Below, piece by piece: positions 1 to 8,474 of a DNA stretch of 56,321 nt (position 1 is the first letter of the stretch; each line of letters opens with the position of its first letter). The stretch lies in the NCBI GenBank assembly GCA_020722185.1, contig DYLH01000004.1, positions 7,882 to 64,202 on the forward strand, in the 5' to 3' direction. Position numbers and translations under genes: made by a program. Under the pieces are notes generated by a model that saw only the letters and a program-made list of their open reading frames with translations, had not been told where the DNA came from and ran no database searches. Source of the DNA: Candidatus Avelusimicrobium gallicola (GTDB taxonomy: Bacteria; Elusimicrobiota; Elusimicrobia; Elusimicrobiales; UBA9959).

Positions 1-617
1 ATATTGGAATCCTTGTCAATAGCCAGCTTATCGCAGCGACTCCAAGTTGAAGTATCGATATGCAAAGCATTAATAGTCATATCTGGACTCAATTTCATTG
101 CGGTAAAAGTATTGGTGGAGTAACAAGCATATAAGAAAGAAGAATCAGATACTAAATCCCCAGCTTCCACAGATGTAGGAGAAACAAAAAAAGAGGCGCT
201 GGAAATGGAAAGAGGATTTAAATCCGCATCAATCTTCATTATAGTTATGCCATACGAGCTGTATGTTATGTCATAATCATCAGCCATAACATAAACCTTA
301 ACAGGTTGGGAGGGCATTACAGTCATTTTTTTGTAATGCAAATTTAAACTAGGAGGTAAAGTTATGGACGAAGAAAGAACGCCAAGTGAACTATATTTCA
401 GAATATAATTTTCATTATAGCTGTTGCCCAATACATAAATATAAGGGCCTCCACCGGAAACGGTATCGATCGCGATACTATAGGGAGTGTCAAAATTCTG
501 AGTGCCGTATATAGCGCCAGTAGTAAGCGAAAAATCACCCGAATATTCAGCGTCGCAATAATTGCCTAAAATTAAAATAGCTGCCGCTAATAAAATAAGT
601 CTCTTGATTTTACCCAT
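1..617 (-). CDS. Secreted hypothetical protein, N-terminal part only (runs off the left edge); beta-rich, possibly beta-propeller repeats
   Basis: Not in the ORF track. ATG at 617 with a GGAGG RBS. Manual translation MGKIKRLILLAAAILILGNYCDAEYSGDFSLTTGAIYGTQNFDTPYSIAIDTVSGGGPYIYVLGN... shows a signal peptide and an NHL-like 'FDTPYSIAID...YIYV' motif; the frame stays open to position 1. Confidence 0.75.
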   Translation of the reverse strand, partial: MGKIKRLILLAAAILILGNYCDAEYSGDFSLTTGAIYGTQNFDTPYSIAIDTVSGGGPYIYVLGNSYNENYILKYSSLGVLSSSITLPPSLNLHYKKMTVMPSQPVKVYVMADDYDITYSSYGITIMKIDADLNPLSISSASFFVSPTSVEAGDLVSDSSFLYACYSTNTFTAMKLSPDMTINALHIDTSTWSRCDKLAIDKDSN

Positions 618-640
618 ATTTCCTCCATCATTTTCTCTGA

Positions 641-1855
641 CTAAAATTCCCAATCAATTCCAATCAAATAATTGTTTGCCCTGTAATTATAACGATAACC
701 AGCTTCATATTTCATGTTCGAGCTTGAAACATTGTAAGCGTAAATGAATTTTGCGAAAAAATTATTCATCACCGGATACCTGAAATAAAGGGAATTCAAC
801 CAATATTCCTGATTGATTTTCGAGCTTTTATAATTTCCGCTCGCGTCCTGAGCCAATCTTCCCGAATAATAAATTTTTCTAAAACTTAAAGCATAGCCGA
901 AAGAAGCATTGTTTTTGAAATAGAAATTTACGGACGGCGATAAATCAGCCTGAATATAATCGTAGTAATTGTCTATATATTTTGTTCTCGAAGCGTCATA
1001 AGAATTCTGATTGGAATTCAAATAATTCACACCGGCGGAAAAGGAAAGATTTACAGGTTTGACAGGCTTTTGGATTTTAAGATCAAAACCTACAGACATA
1101 TCTTTTCTTTTATCCGATTTAAAACTTCCGTCTTTTGAAACTATATACTGGTCATCATATTTTCTGTAATTGAAATTGAATCCCGATGTCATTACAAGAG
1201 GCTCTGGAAACCAGGTATAGGAAAAAGCCAATCTATGATTGGTATTGTTAAGAATATCGCTTCCGGCATTTTTGGAAAGCTCGCTGTAAGTAGTCGTATC
1301 TATCACAGTTTCAGCTTCGCTTATAAGCGAGGCATAATTAGGATATTGAACCGACGAAAAATCATAAGACTCGGTAAAAGTGCCGTAAGGTCTTTCCTGT
1401 TCAAAGTCGATGCCCACCGACATGGTATTATAATCGAAAAGCCCATCCCCCCAGTTTTCATCTTTGGTTTCCTTTACAAGGGCTTTGGAATATGAAATTC
1501 TCGGTTTTATCTTGTCGAAATCATTGATTCTCACATATTTCAAAGAAATGGTATGTTCCTGTCTTTGCCTTGTCAAAACTCCGCCGCCCGCCAATTCCTG
1601 GACATCCTGAGTGCCATTATAATAACCCATATATAGAGGATATAATTCATTATTATCGTTCAAGATAATGGATGGCGAAATAAAAGCGTCTAATTTTCCA
1701 TCAAAACTTGCCGATTCGCCGTCCAAATAATATTTGCCGCCATACAAAGACAAATTTATCACAGGATTAAATTTTATTTCAGCGAATAAATCAATGGAAA
1801 AATCGAAAATCAAAAAAGCAAAAAATAATATCGCTATCAATGATTTTTTGAACAT
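641..1855 (-). CDS. Putative outer-membrane beta-barrel protein
   Basis: Signal peptide, Tyr/Phe/Asn-rich alternating beta-strands, and a C-terminal ...LIGIDWEF resembling a BAM beta-signal. No family recognised. Confidence 0.65.
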   Translation of the reverse strand: MFKKSLIAILFFAFLIFDFSIDLFAEIKFNPVINLSLYGGKYYLDGESASFDGKLDAFISPSIILNDNNELYPLYMGYYNGTQDVQELAGGGVLTRQRQEHTISLKYVRINDFDKIKPRISYSKALVKETKDENWGDGLFDYNTMSVGIDFEQERPYGTFTESYDFSSVQYPNYASLISEAETVIDTTTYSELSKNAGSDILNNTNHRLAFSYTWFPEPLVMTSGFNFNYRKYDDQYIVSKDGSFKSDKRKDMSVGFDLKIQKPVKPVNLSFSAGVNYLNSNQNSYDASRTKYIDNYYDYIQADLSPSVNFYFKNNASFGYALSFRKIYYSGRLAQDASGNYKSSKINQEYWLNSLYFRYPVMNNFFAKFIYAYNVSSSNMKYEAGYRYNYRANNYLIGIDWEF

Positions 1856-1867
1856 CAATCCCCCTTA

Positions 1868-3313
1868 TTATTCAAAACTTGCTATGCCCGAATCTTTTAA
1901 AAGCCTAGCCGAAAATATCAAATCTATTTTCCTTCCCTCAAAAAGGGAGCTTGTATATACAGTTTCAAAATTCAATTTATCAAGGACATCATTTTTGCTT
2001 CCTGACAATCCTGAATTAAAATCGGAAACTGAAGCTATTTTCCCATTGTCGAAAACTGCCATATATCTATTTTCAATCCATGTGCCGCCTAAATAATCGT
2101 TCCTAGAAACATTATAAAATACATTATCGCCGAGAGGATTGGAACTATAAGAAGTCGGCGCCGATTCTCCCAGAAAGGTAAATTCTCCCTCTTCAGCTCT
2201 ATTATTGTTGTTGTCATCAGAATATCCCCATAAAAACCTGCCAAGCCCCCCGTTTTCATTAGCCTGAGCGGGGCCCGCCGCATACATGGCATAATTTTTG
2301 AAAAAAAGGCTAAATCTTGAAGGGGCGGCTGGATTATCGGCAACCATATGGCCTCCTGAGGCGTCTTCAGTCACTTTATCCAGTGTATTAGATATAATGC
2401 TTGTCATCTCCTTCAAAACCCATCGAGGCTCTGTTGAACCCTCATAATTTATCATATTTTTCGTCGCAAGACTTAAATCGTCAGGCAAAGCTTCATCGAA
2501 AGTAAATAGAATCTTCCCGAAATTAAAGTCGTTTTTTCTCGTATTCAGAACCACATATTTAAACTGCTCTGCCGCAGGCCGCACTATATACTCTTCCATT
2601 CTGACTCTATTTCCGAAGGCGTCTATGGCAACCTTTCTGTTTTGGTATTCGGACATCTGCATTTCTGACTGTGCCTGCTTTAAAATGGATTCCTTGGAAA
2701 TATCCGTATAAATTTCTTTTTTCGCAATTAATTTTCTGTCTCCCAGAGAAGAATCCATACTCTGGGGCGGATTTGGATTATCCTGAGGATGAGTCAGTCC
2801 TTGCCTATTAACCTCTATAAATTGTCCGCGCCTGACCAAAGATTCCATACCATTGGAATCAGAAGTCAAAACTCTGCCGTCATATACCTCCACCCGAGTA
2901 TTTCCTTCGGCATCGACGCTCGTGACAAAATCCGTTCCTCTTACGGCGCAAACGGCTGTGGGGGTTTTAATGGAGAATTTTTTGGAAAATTTTTTGACCC
3001 AGTTCCTTATTTTGCCGGCAAACAGGTTTAACTTTGACTCGGTTTGATTTTCTTCTTCAAGTTTAGAATAGGAAAGAGGAGCCATTTTTATTTTCGAACC
3101 GTCATCCATTAAAATTTCGATTGATGATGCTCTAGACGTCCTTATTTCATATCCGCTTTTTAGCGTCATATTTTCGTCCGATTCACGAAGTTTTTTCCAT
3201 TGAGCCGAGCTATTTTCCCTATAAAAAATCTCGCCTTTTATTTTATAAACATGAGCGGATTCAGCCGAGCAAACAAACAAAAAAATAAATAACCCCAAAA
3301 ACATTTTTTTCAT
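1868..3313 (-). CDS. Secreted FecR-domain protein with a long uncharacterised C-terminal region
   Basis: Start MKKMFL at 3313 (GGAGG RBS). Signal peptide; FecR hallmark 'IKTPTAVCAVRGTDF...TRVEVYDGRV'. Confidence 0.8.
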   Translation of the reverse strand: MKKMFLGLFIFLFVCSAESAHVYKIKGEIFYRENSSAQWKKLRESDENMTLKSGYEIRTSRASSIEILMDDGSKIKMAPLSYSKLEEENQTESKLNLFAGKIRNWVKKFSKKFSIKTPTAVCAVRGTDFVTSVDAEGNTRVEVYDGRVLTSDSNGMESLVRRGQFIEVNRQGLTHPQDNPNPPQSMDSSLGDRKLIAKKEIYTDISKESILKQAQSEMQMSEYQNRKVAIDAFGNRVRMEEYIVRPAAEQFKYVVLNTRKNDFNFGKILFTFDEALPDDLSLATKNMINYEGSTEPRWVLKEMTSIISNTLDKVTEDASGGHMVADNPAAPSRFSLFFKNYAMYAAGPAQANENGGLGRFLWGYSDDNNNNRAEEGEFTFLGESAPTSYSSNPLGDNVFYNVSRNDYLGGTWIENRYMAVFDNGKIASVSDFNSGLSGSKNDVLDKLNFETVYTSSLFEGRKIDLIFSARLLKDSGIASFE

Positions 3314-3414
3314 AAAACCCCTCCATTTACAAAAGAACAAAATTACAATAAATCTACTTTAAATTTTGAGGATTTAAAAAAGTTATAGCATCTTTTTCAG
3401 CCAAAGTCAATAAA

Positions 3415-3543
3415 TGTAGAATCTCCATACATATTGGACTTTTTCTGATTTTGAAAATTTTCACTCAAAAGATACTCCATTGGTTTTTCCCCATTCAATC
3501 CCTTGTGAGGCTTTTTGAGTATTATCCCACAATAAATAATCCA
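3415..3543 (-). mobile_element. IS481-family-like remnant: transposase C-terminus plus right terminal repeat
   Basis: The minus strand reads LDYLLWDNTQ, then after a frameshift KPHKGLNGEKPMEYLLSENFQNQKKSNMYGDST. This matches the rve-type 'YN..RPH..L...P.EY' C-terminus. It ends in ...ACA (TGTAGAATCTCC at 3415 on the + strand), the TGT/ACA end typical of IS481. Confidence 0.65.
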
Positions 3544-3683
3544 GGTTCAAAGGTGCACGGTACATGTGTCAAGGAATGTTCTGGCGAAAGTTTAGAAGAT
3601 TCTTGAAGAGGAAGTCAGAGGTAAAATGCGTGACATTTTTTATGCTGAAGAGATTGAATTTACACAAAAAACTTGACACTACC
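3542..3683 (+). mobile_element. IS256-family remnant: internally deleted transposase fragment plus right terminal inverted repeat
   Basis: The frame from 3545 reads VQRCTVHVSRNVLAKV*KILEEEVRGKMRDIFYAEEIEFTQKT*, containing the Mutator/IS256 QRCxxHxxRN motif and an 'FTQxx*' C-terminus. The end TTTACACAAAAAACTTGACACTACC resembles IS256 terminal IRs. Confidence 0.75.
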
Positions 3684-3754
3684 AAAAAGTCTAATTGATA
3701 TATTTGTAAAGCAGAAAGAGTAAAAAGCTAAAAATTATTACAGAGTTAAGAGTT

Positions 3755-4990
3755 TTAGAACTTTATTTCTGTGAGTCTCTTTATTAGCTCATTCTCTGAA
3801 AAAGACTGATCTTTTACTGCAAGCCCATAGGCTTCTCCATCTGGATTATTTATCAGAGGGGAAATTTTATTAGTTTCAGCTATATATTTTGGTATGGTTT
3901 GAGTTACACAGTGTATGGATCCGCCAGAGACTATTGAATCATCTGAATTAACTCTTGCCACCAGAACCCCGGGTATTCCTTCTTTATAAGCTTGTTCGGC
4001 TTTGGCATCATCTGCCTCATGTCCGGCATATGATGGCATTATAACGGTATTGTTTACTATTAGCGAGTTAGTATAGGTATACCATGTAGAATTGCCCCAA
4101 CCAGATTTTTCTGTCCAGCCTTTCACTGTTATTACTTTATATGGCAGACCGTCCGGGGCTGTTCTATTCTTAAAAAAAGATATGGCTTTTTCTCCATTGG
4201 ATTTAAATGGTTCTTCATCGGCTGTTGATATGAGAACAGTGTGATCACTTAAAAGTTTCATAAACATATCTATATGGCCAGTTCCATCTTCTGGCTCACC
4301 AGGATAGCCGGCATATTCGAAAACATATATCTTTTTTGCCTTGAAGGTATCTCTCAATATGGAATCTACTTTCTCTCTGCTCATATTAGAGTTCCATATA
4401 TAAGTCCTTTCCGTTGTGAAAAGATTTCCATATGAATCAATCATAAAATTTCCGCCGTCAAGTATGAGCTGAGCTTGATATACTGGCAGATTTTTGGCCT
4501 TACCTACAGCTATTGGCGCGGCATCATCATCTCTTCTATATTGATAATGTCTGTAAATAGTGTCGACCAAAGCTGCTTTTTTTTGTGAGGCTGATAAGCC
4601 AAATGGACCATAATCTCTTGCCCAGACGCTATTGACGGGAGCCGGTATCCTTTGCCAACATTCTGAAGGTATAGAGGAAATAGAGGATGGAGCTGAAAGT
4701 ATCCACACCTTTGCCTTGCCTTTATTGCAAGCCGCTTCAGCTATCCTAGTCAACATATTTGTGTACCCGGCCCACGAGATTACTACAGCAGATATTGGTT
4801 CATATTCGGCGGGGATTCTAAAATCGGAGGGGAGAGCTGCCTTCGTTTTGAAAAGGTAAGGTCCTTTTCCATCGGAAATTTCTCTGTTTTTATCCAGCCA
4901 ATTTGGCAAAGGCCTTTCAAGATCTAAAGCTGAAACGGAAACAATAAGAGAAAACACAATCAGAAGATTCGAGTATACTAGTTTTTTCAT
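3755..4990 (-). CDS. Secreted agmatine/peptidylarginine deiminase (Porphyromonas-type PAD family)
   Basis: Motifs WARDYGP, DGGN, GHID and GGSIHC (catalytic Cys). Start MKKLVYS at 4990 with a GGAG RBS and a signal peptide ending VSA. Confidence 0.85.
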   Translation of the reverse strand: MKKLVYSNLLIVFSLIVSVSALDLERPLPNWLDKNREISDGKGPYLFKTKAALPSDFRIPAEYEPISAVVISWAGYTNMLTRIAEAACNKGKAKVWILSAPSSISSIPSECWQRIPAPVNSVWARDYGPFGLSASQKKAALVDTIYRHYQYRRDDDAAPIAVGKAKNLPVYQAQLILDGGNFMIDSYGNLFTTERTYIWNSNMSREKVDSILRDTFKAKKIYVFEYAGYPGEPEDGTGHIDMFMKLLSDHTVLISTADEEPFKSNGEKAISFFKNRTAPDGLPYKVITVKGWTEKSGWGNSTWYTYTNSLIVNNTVIMPSYAGHEADDAKAEQAYKEGIPGVLVARVNSDDSIVSGGSIHCVTQTIPKYIAETNKISPLINNPDGEAYGLAVKDQSFSENELIKRLTEIKF

Positions 4991-5031
4991 ACAGAACTCC
5001 AATACTTGAGATTTAGAAAAGCTATAAGAAT

Positions 5032-5059
5032 ATTCTATCAATTAGGATTTTACAATCAA
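5032..5059 (-). promoter_or_regulatory. Putative sigma70 promoter of the deiminase gene
   Basis: TTGATT-N16-TAGAAT with a TGn extended -10, about 40 nt upstream of the 4990 start. Confidence 0.5.
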
Positions 5060-5237
5060 GGGCCAAAAGTCCTAAGTGGGGGGGGGAAAAGTGAAAAAGT
5101 CTAATAGAAATGTGTTTTATCTATGAGAAAATGAAATAAAAAACACTCTTTTATGAATAAAAAGTGCAAGGAAAGTAAACAGTGGTATTAAAAAAGCTTG
5201 CGGTTTTTATGACTTATGAACTTTCGAATTTATGGCT

Positions 5238-6416
5238 TTATTTAACCCTGATAAGAGCAAAATTCAAGTATCTTGTTTCTTCCATTCCAAGCAATATTGG
5301 ATGATCCTTGGACTGATACCTATGTTCCATCAGAATGGTCTTTCTCTTGGATATCATGGATGAGGTTTTGAGTATATCTTCAAATATTTGTGAAGTTATG
5401 TGTTGTGAGCATGTAGAAAATGCCACATAACCAGAAGATGAAATGCCTTTAATTGCTTTTGAGAGAAGCCTTGCGTAGAGTTTTATGGCCTGGGGCGAAT
5501 TCTTTTTGCTTCTTATGAAATTTGGCGGATCTAAAAGTATAAAATTTGGTTTTTGCGGAAGTTCGTCTTTTTCAAGCGCATCTAGCATTTTTTCCGCATC
5601 TTCTTTTTCAAAAATTATTTTATCTTCGATTAAAGAATTTAATTTTACATTTTCTCTAGCAAGGTTTATCGCGCTCTCGCTTGAGTCTACTCCCCAGACT
5701 ATTTCCGCATCGCTTTTTGCTGCAAGTATTGAGAAGGATCCGCTGTAGCAGTATAGATCCAGAACTCTGGCTCCTTTAAAGAAAGGGATTAAAAACTTTC
5801 TATTTTCTCTTTGATCAAAATACCACCCCGTCTTTTGTCCTGATATTAAGTCGATTTTATACTTACAGGAATTTTCTTCAAGAATTATTTTGGAAGGAAG
5901 TTTCCCCATTACCTCATCTTCCTTTATTTCAAGACCTTCCATGGCTCTGTATTGATGTGAGCGTTTCAGTATTATAGCTTTCGGCGAAAAAATTTCATAA
6001 ATGGCAGAAACTATTTTTTGTGAAAGCAGTTCAGCTCCCGCAGACAATAATTCAATACAAAATACCTCACCATACTTGTCTATTATTAGTCCGCCTATTA
6101 AGTCAGATTCTCCAAAAAATAGGCGGCAAAATTTATCAAGTCCGATAGATTTCCTATATTCCCACGCGGCGAGTATTCTGTCCTTTACGAAATTTTCATC
6201 CAAGGAATAAGAGTTTTTTACTAGAAGTCTTGCGCTTATAAGGCTGTGTGGGTTGAAAAAACCTATTCCGCAGGGAGCTCCAGATGGATACTCAAAGCGA
6301 CACAACTCTCCTGGCTTTATGTCTTTCCTTATTTCTGACAATTCATTTGAAAAGATCCACCAATGCCCATATCTCAACCTGTTATTTATGTTTTCTTTAA
6401 GTTTTATTGTTTCCAT
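5238..6416 (-). CDS. rlmI: RlmI-like class I SAM-dependent rRNA methyltransferase (PUA domain plus MTase)
   Basis: GHWWIFSNE N-terminus, QKTGWYFDQRENR, VLDLYCYSGSF, LDPP, DHPIL. Confidence 0.8.
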   Translation of the reverse strand: METIKLKENINNRLRYGHWWIFSNELSEIRKDIKPGELCRFEYPSGAPCGIGFFNPHSLISARLLVKNSYSLDENFVKDRILAAWEYRKSIGLDKFCRLFFGESDLIGGLIIDKYGEVFCIELLSAGAELLSQKIVSAIYEIFSPKAIILKRSHQYRAMEGLEIKEDEVMGKLPSKIILEENSCKYKIDLISGQKTGWYFDQRENRKFLIPFFKGARVLDLYCYSGSFSILAAKSDAEIVWGVDSSESAINLARENVKLNSLIEDKIIFEKEDAEKMLDALEKDELPQKPNFILLDPPNFIRSKKNSPQAIKLYARLLSKAIKGISSSGYVAFSTCSQHITSQIFEDILKTSSMISKRKTILMEHRYQSKDHPILLGMEETRYLNFALIRVK

Positions 6417-6417
6417 C

Positions 6418-6783
6418 TCAAATTAGCTGATTTTTAACAGTCTCCAGTATGTCTTCCCGTCTTGCGGGCTTTGTTATATAGGTGTTTGCTCCATAGATCA
6501 TGCAATGTTGTATATCCGAGGGACTGCCTTCCACTGTGAGCATTATAACTGGAACTTTTTTTAGAAGAGGATCTGATTTTATCTCTTTAAGCGTTTGTAT
6601 CCCATCCTTATTTGGCATATGTATGTCTAGCATTATAAGAGATGGCAACTCAGCCTTCGCAATTTTCAATGCTAAGTCTCCATCTTCAGCAGTGATTACT
6701 TTGTAATTTTCAGATGTCAATATCTCTGAAAGCAGGCGAAGCATATCAGAATCATCATCGGCTATAAGTATTTTGTGTTCCAT
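6418..6783 (-). CDS. Single-domain response regulator (receiver only)
   Basis: ILIADDD, MLDIHMP (phospho-Asp), MLT, YITKP. Confidence 0.92.
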   Translation of the reverse strand: MEHKILIADDDSDMLRLLSEILTSENYKVITAEDGDLALKIAKAELPSLIMLDIHMPNKDGIQTLKEIKSDPLLKKVPVIMLTVEGSPSDIQHCMIYGANTYITKPARREDILETVKNQLI

Positions 6784-6802
6784 ATTTTATTCAAATTGAA
6801 GT

Positions 6803-6874
6803 TGCCGCGGGTTGGGATCGAACCAACGACACCCGGTTTTTCAGACCGGTGCTCTACCACTGAGCTACCGCGGC
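6803..6874 (-). tRNA. tRNA-Phe(GAA), CCA not encoded
   Basis: Cloverleaf GCCGCGG-TA-GCTC AGTGGTA GAGC-A-CCGGT CT GAA AA ACCGG-GTGTC-GTTGG TTCGATC CCAAC-CCGCGGC-A. Confidence 0.97.
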
Positions 6875-7117
6875 AACACGGCTATTAGCCGATAATACTA
6901 TTAAACAAAATTTTAAATATTCTTATCAAGAGAATTCTGCATTTTCTATTTTTATTGAATTTATTGGCTTATTTCGTTAGAATTTTTCGATTTCTCGATT
7001 ATGTCCGGCCTTTTCAGTGTGCATTCTTAATTCCATTCCTTAGTGCCGATAGTTCGAATCCAGAAAATGCGCAAGACAAAGTTTAAGAATACTTTTTTAT
7101 TTGAGTATCAAAATTTG

Positions 7118-7897
7118 TTATAGTTCAACAATAGCTTCCACTACATCTCCAACCTTTACCTGAGATTCTTTTGAAAAATTTCCATTCCTTATAGAAAATT
7201 CAAGGTAGTCGAAGGCTCCTATAACACAAAGCGGAGATTTTTCTGGAACTGATGCGTATGTAGCGCTCAGGCCTCTTATGGTCTTTCCTGCCACACTAAA
7301 TAGAGAGTTTATTGTTATATACTCTCTTGTTATATTTGTTATTACATTGCCAAAATGATCTATTGCTATGACTTCCCCTGTAACTCTATTTCCTGTCCTG
7401 AAGGGGTGTGGATATGGAAATCTGCGATAATTTGTGAAAATTGGTCCTATCTTTTCTTCTTTAAATCCCGATGCTATTTCAGCTGCAGCTGGAGCCATTA
7501 TGTCTCTTCCGTGAAATGTCATGCTTATTTTCTCAAGGAAAATAGAGGAGTTATTCAAAGCTCTTGCGCTAAGTATTTTTTCTTTTTCCTCTATCCAGCT
7601 TATTATGCCATTATCTGGCACCAAAAATTGATAATTTTTTGTCCTAGCCCAAATGGCGGCTCTGCCTGTCCCCACAAAAGGATCGACTACAGCCACAAAT
7701 AAAGTATTTTTTGGCATATAATCCATGGTAACCATTAGATAAAATGCGCATGTCTTTATATCTTGCGGAGGAATATTGTGTGTTATGTCTATTATGGAGA
7801 CTCTTTTGTTTCTGGAATATATTATTCCCTTCATCGCTGCGACAAAAGGATCATTAACACCAAAGTCGCTTAAAAGAGCGATATATCCAGTTTTCAT
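7118..7897 (-). CDS. SAM hydrolase / SAM-dependent halogenase family protein (DUF62)
   Basis: LLSDFG, IDITHNI, VAVVDP, PDNG, TFHGRDI, IDHFGNVITN. Confidence 0.9.
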   Translation of the reverse strand: MKTGYIALLSDFGVNDPFVAAMKGIIYSRNKRVSIIDITHNIPPQDIKTCAFYLMVTMDYMPKNTLFVAVVDPFVGTGRAAIWARTKNYQFLVPDNGIISWIEEKEKILSARALNNSSIFLEKISMTFHGRDIMAPAAAEIASGFKEEKIGPIFTNYRRFPYPHPFRTGNRVTGEVIAIDHFGNVITNITREYITINSLFSVAGKTIRGLSATYASVPEKSPLCVIGAFDYLEFSIRNGNFSKESQVKVGDVVEAIVEL

Positions 7898-7898
7898 A

Positions 7899-8474
7899 TC
7901 ACCTATTGCTGCTCTGAATGACAGTCAATGGTATTCCGCTTTTACACATAGGGCAGGAATCCGGATGATATAGTTCCAATGGGTATGATATAAGAGCTCT
8001 AAGGGGGACTGAAATAGTTGGCTGCCCGTCTGATCTGTCTATAATAGCTGCTATTCCTATCACTTTAGCTTTGAAATTTCTGGCAAGAGATATGGCTTCA
8101 TTGCACTGTTTTCCTGTATTGAATACATCATCTACCACAAGCACCCTCTCGCCTTCGTTTATCTTAAAATCTCGCTTAAGCATTGTAATCCCATTTACTC
8201 TTTCTGCAAAAATTGAGCGGGCCTTTTTTATTCTGGCTATTTCCTGTCCCAGAGCAAGTGAAGCGGGGGAAGATGAAATTACAACCTGGACTTCTTGCGG
8301 AAATTTTTCAGCCATTTCTTTTGCTATTTTCTGCGCTATATGAGGATATTGCAGGACAACCGATGTCTGTATATAGGTTTGTGAGTGAAATCCATTTGGC
8401 AGCTGGAAATGTCCCGAGAGGACAGCGCCATGCTCCTCTAAAACAGAAACGATGTCGAATTTCATTTTAGCCAT
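7899..8474 (-). CDS. pyrE: Orotate phosphoribosyltransferase
   Basis: GHFQLPNG.HS, FAER, PRPP loop VVDDVFNTG, C-terminal CPMC typical of the Thermus-type PyrE. Confidence 0.85.
   Translation of the reverse strand: MAKMKFDIVSVLEEHGAVLSGHFQLPNGFHSQTYIQTSVVLQYPHIAQKIAKEMAEKFPQEVQVVISSSPASLALGQEIARIKKARSIFAERVNGITMLKRDFKINEGERVLVVDDVFNTGKQCNEAISLARNFKAKVIGIAAIIDRSDGQPTISVPLRALISYPLELYHPDSCPMCKSGIPLTVIQSSNR

Noticed and set aside
3566-3679. GTGTCAAG...CTTGACAC inverted repeat read as a MITE
   Set aside because: The left copy lies inside the transposase H-V-S-R codons; only the right copy is a real IS end.
3684-5105. 12-bp direct repeat AAAAAGTCTAAT (3684-3695 and 5094-5105) flanking the deiminase gene as a target-site duplication
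   Set aside because: Very AT-rich, and no IS end adjoins the second copy, so chance cannot be excluded.
6803-6874. tRNA-Phe as an integration site
   Set aside because: No integrase and no duplicated tRNA 3' end nearby; the flanking genes look native. A missing encoded CCA is common.
7118-7897. Fluorinase/chlorinase of a halometabolite cluster
   Set aside because: Housekeeping context and a TFHGRD motif typical of widespread DUF62 hydrolases.
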